Shown here piece after piece: positions 31,205 through 32,000 of a DNA stretch of 32,000 bases. Position 1 is the first letter of the stretch. Each line of letters starts with the position of its first letter. Both the position numbers and the translations under genes were made by a program. The notes beneath the pieces are model-generated. The model had not been told where the DNA came from, made no database searches, and saw only the letters and a list, made by a program, of their open reading frames with translations. This DNA comes from Phycisphaera mikurensis NBRC 102666 (GTDB taxonomy: Bacteria > Planctomycetota > Phycisphaerae > Phycisphaerales > Phycisphaeraceae), in contig NC_017080.1 in the NCBI RefSeq assembly GCF_000284115.1, forward strand, positions 2,760,001 to 2,792,000, read 5' to 3'.

Positions 31205-32000
31205 TCACCCGCCCAGGAAGATCCGGTGCGCCCCCTCGAAGGCGTGCCGGAACGACCCGTCGGTCAGCCGCGCGATGGTTGCCAGCGACACCGCCACCAC
31301 CGCGGTCGACATGAGGATGCGCGTCACGAAGCCGACCGAGAGGATGTTCATCTGCGGGACGGTGCGGGCGATGAAGCCCATCGCCACGCTCTCGAGGAAG
31401 AGCACCGCGAGCACCGGCATCGAGACCTGCACCACCAGCTCGATCATCGCCTGCAGCAGCCCGACGATCACCTCCATCACGGCGCCGAAGTCGGTCATCC
31501 CGCCGGGGGGCACGTGCTCGAAGCTGCCGACGAGGACCTGGATCAGCAGGTGGTGGCCGCCGAGGGCGAGGAACACGACCAACGCGAGCAGGTAGAGGAA
31601 CTGACCCAGCACGCCCGAGTCGTCCTGCAGCTCGGGGTTGAAGACGCCGCCGAGCTGCAGGCCCATCTGCTGGCCGATGACCAGCCCCGCCGCCTGCGCA
31701 CCCGCGAGCGGCAGCATCGCCACGTAGCCGAGGACGTAGCCGACGGCGAGCTCCAGCCCCATGAGCGGGGCGAGCGCGAACAGCGAGAACTCGGCCCCGC
31801 GCAGCCCGGCGAGCGGAGCCTCGGGACCGACCGCGACGACGGGGAAGCAGATCGCCGCCAGCCCGACGGCGAGGAAGGCCCGCACCTGCCGCGGCACGCC
31901 GGAGCTGGCGAGGATCGGCGAGAGGATGAACATCCCCGAGAGGCGCGTGAGCAAGAGCAGGAACGGCGGGAGCCACTCCAGCAGGGGCTGGAGGCCGCTC
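31205..32000 (-). CDS. fliR: Flagellar biosynthetic protein FliR (export apparatus, SctT family), 5' end probably beyond the window
   Basis: Motifs LTRLSGMFILSPILASSGVPRQVRAFLAVGL, AGAQAAGLVIGQQMGL and PQMNILSVGF. The frame stays open from 31954 to the window end (..LEWLPPFLLLLTRLSG), so the TTG at 31954 may not be the true start. Confidence 0.8.
   Translation of the reverse strand, partial: SGLQPLLEWLPPFLLLLTRLSGMFILSPILASSGVPRQVRAFLAVGLAAICFPVVAVGPEAPLAGLRGAEFSLFALAPLMGLELAVGYVLGYVAMLPLAGAQAAGLVIGQQMGLQLGGVFNPELQDDSGVLGQFLYLLALVVFLALGGHHLLIQVLVGSFEHVPPGGMTDFGAVMEVIVGLLQAMIELVVQVSMPVLAVLFLESVAMGFIARTVPQMNILSVGFVTRILMSTAVVAVSLATIARLTDGSFRHAFEGAHRIFLGG

Overview
Very GC-rich (roughly 70% or more by eye), densely coding bacterial chromosomal segment. 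It carries mainly housekeeping, envelope, carbohydrate and motility genes. Many of the longest ORFs in the six-frame track (1669, 903, 884 and 863 aa) are antisense or off-frame artefacts of the GC content. I can support about 26 protein genes: a partial membrane protein, trkA, psd, a rhomboid protease, a translationally coupled hypothetical+GNAT pair, mfd, a secreted alpha/beta hydrolase, a glpK-glpD-SpoIIE/PP2C phosphatase string, a YbjN-like protein, a GAF-degenerate GGDEF-EAL c-di-GMP protein, an flgM-like gene, a single-ORF AnmK-MurQ fusion, PPK2, a type IIA topoisomerase B subunit, a Tat-signal metallophosphoesterase, a GH1 beta-glucosidase, a GH53-like galactanase, a GT25 glycosyltransferase, an isolated nuoG, mreD, mreC and a partial fliR. 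I recognised no rRNA, tRNA, CRISPR array, transposase, integrase or known defence genes. The most unusual signal is non-coding. Two intergenic loci (2784-3175 and 29360-29731), each inside a co-directional minus-strand gene pair, share one architecture: an imperfect inverted repeat with a GAAGTCAG/CTGAC core whose one arm is expanded into a tandem array of 8-bp pyrimidine-rich units (26 copies at the second locus). Other points worth a second look are the AnmK-MurQ fusion and a trkA whose Rossmann motif lies upstream of any canonical start codon, implying an ATC start. There is also a perfect 14-bp palindrome upstream of the galactanase, and fliR-mreC-mreD sit together without mreB. I do not see a convincing novel multi-gene system. 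All family calls are by-eye motif recognition, not database searches.
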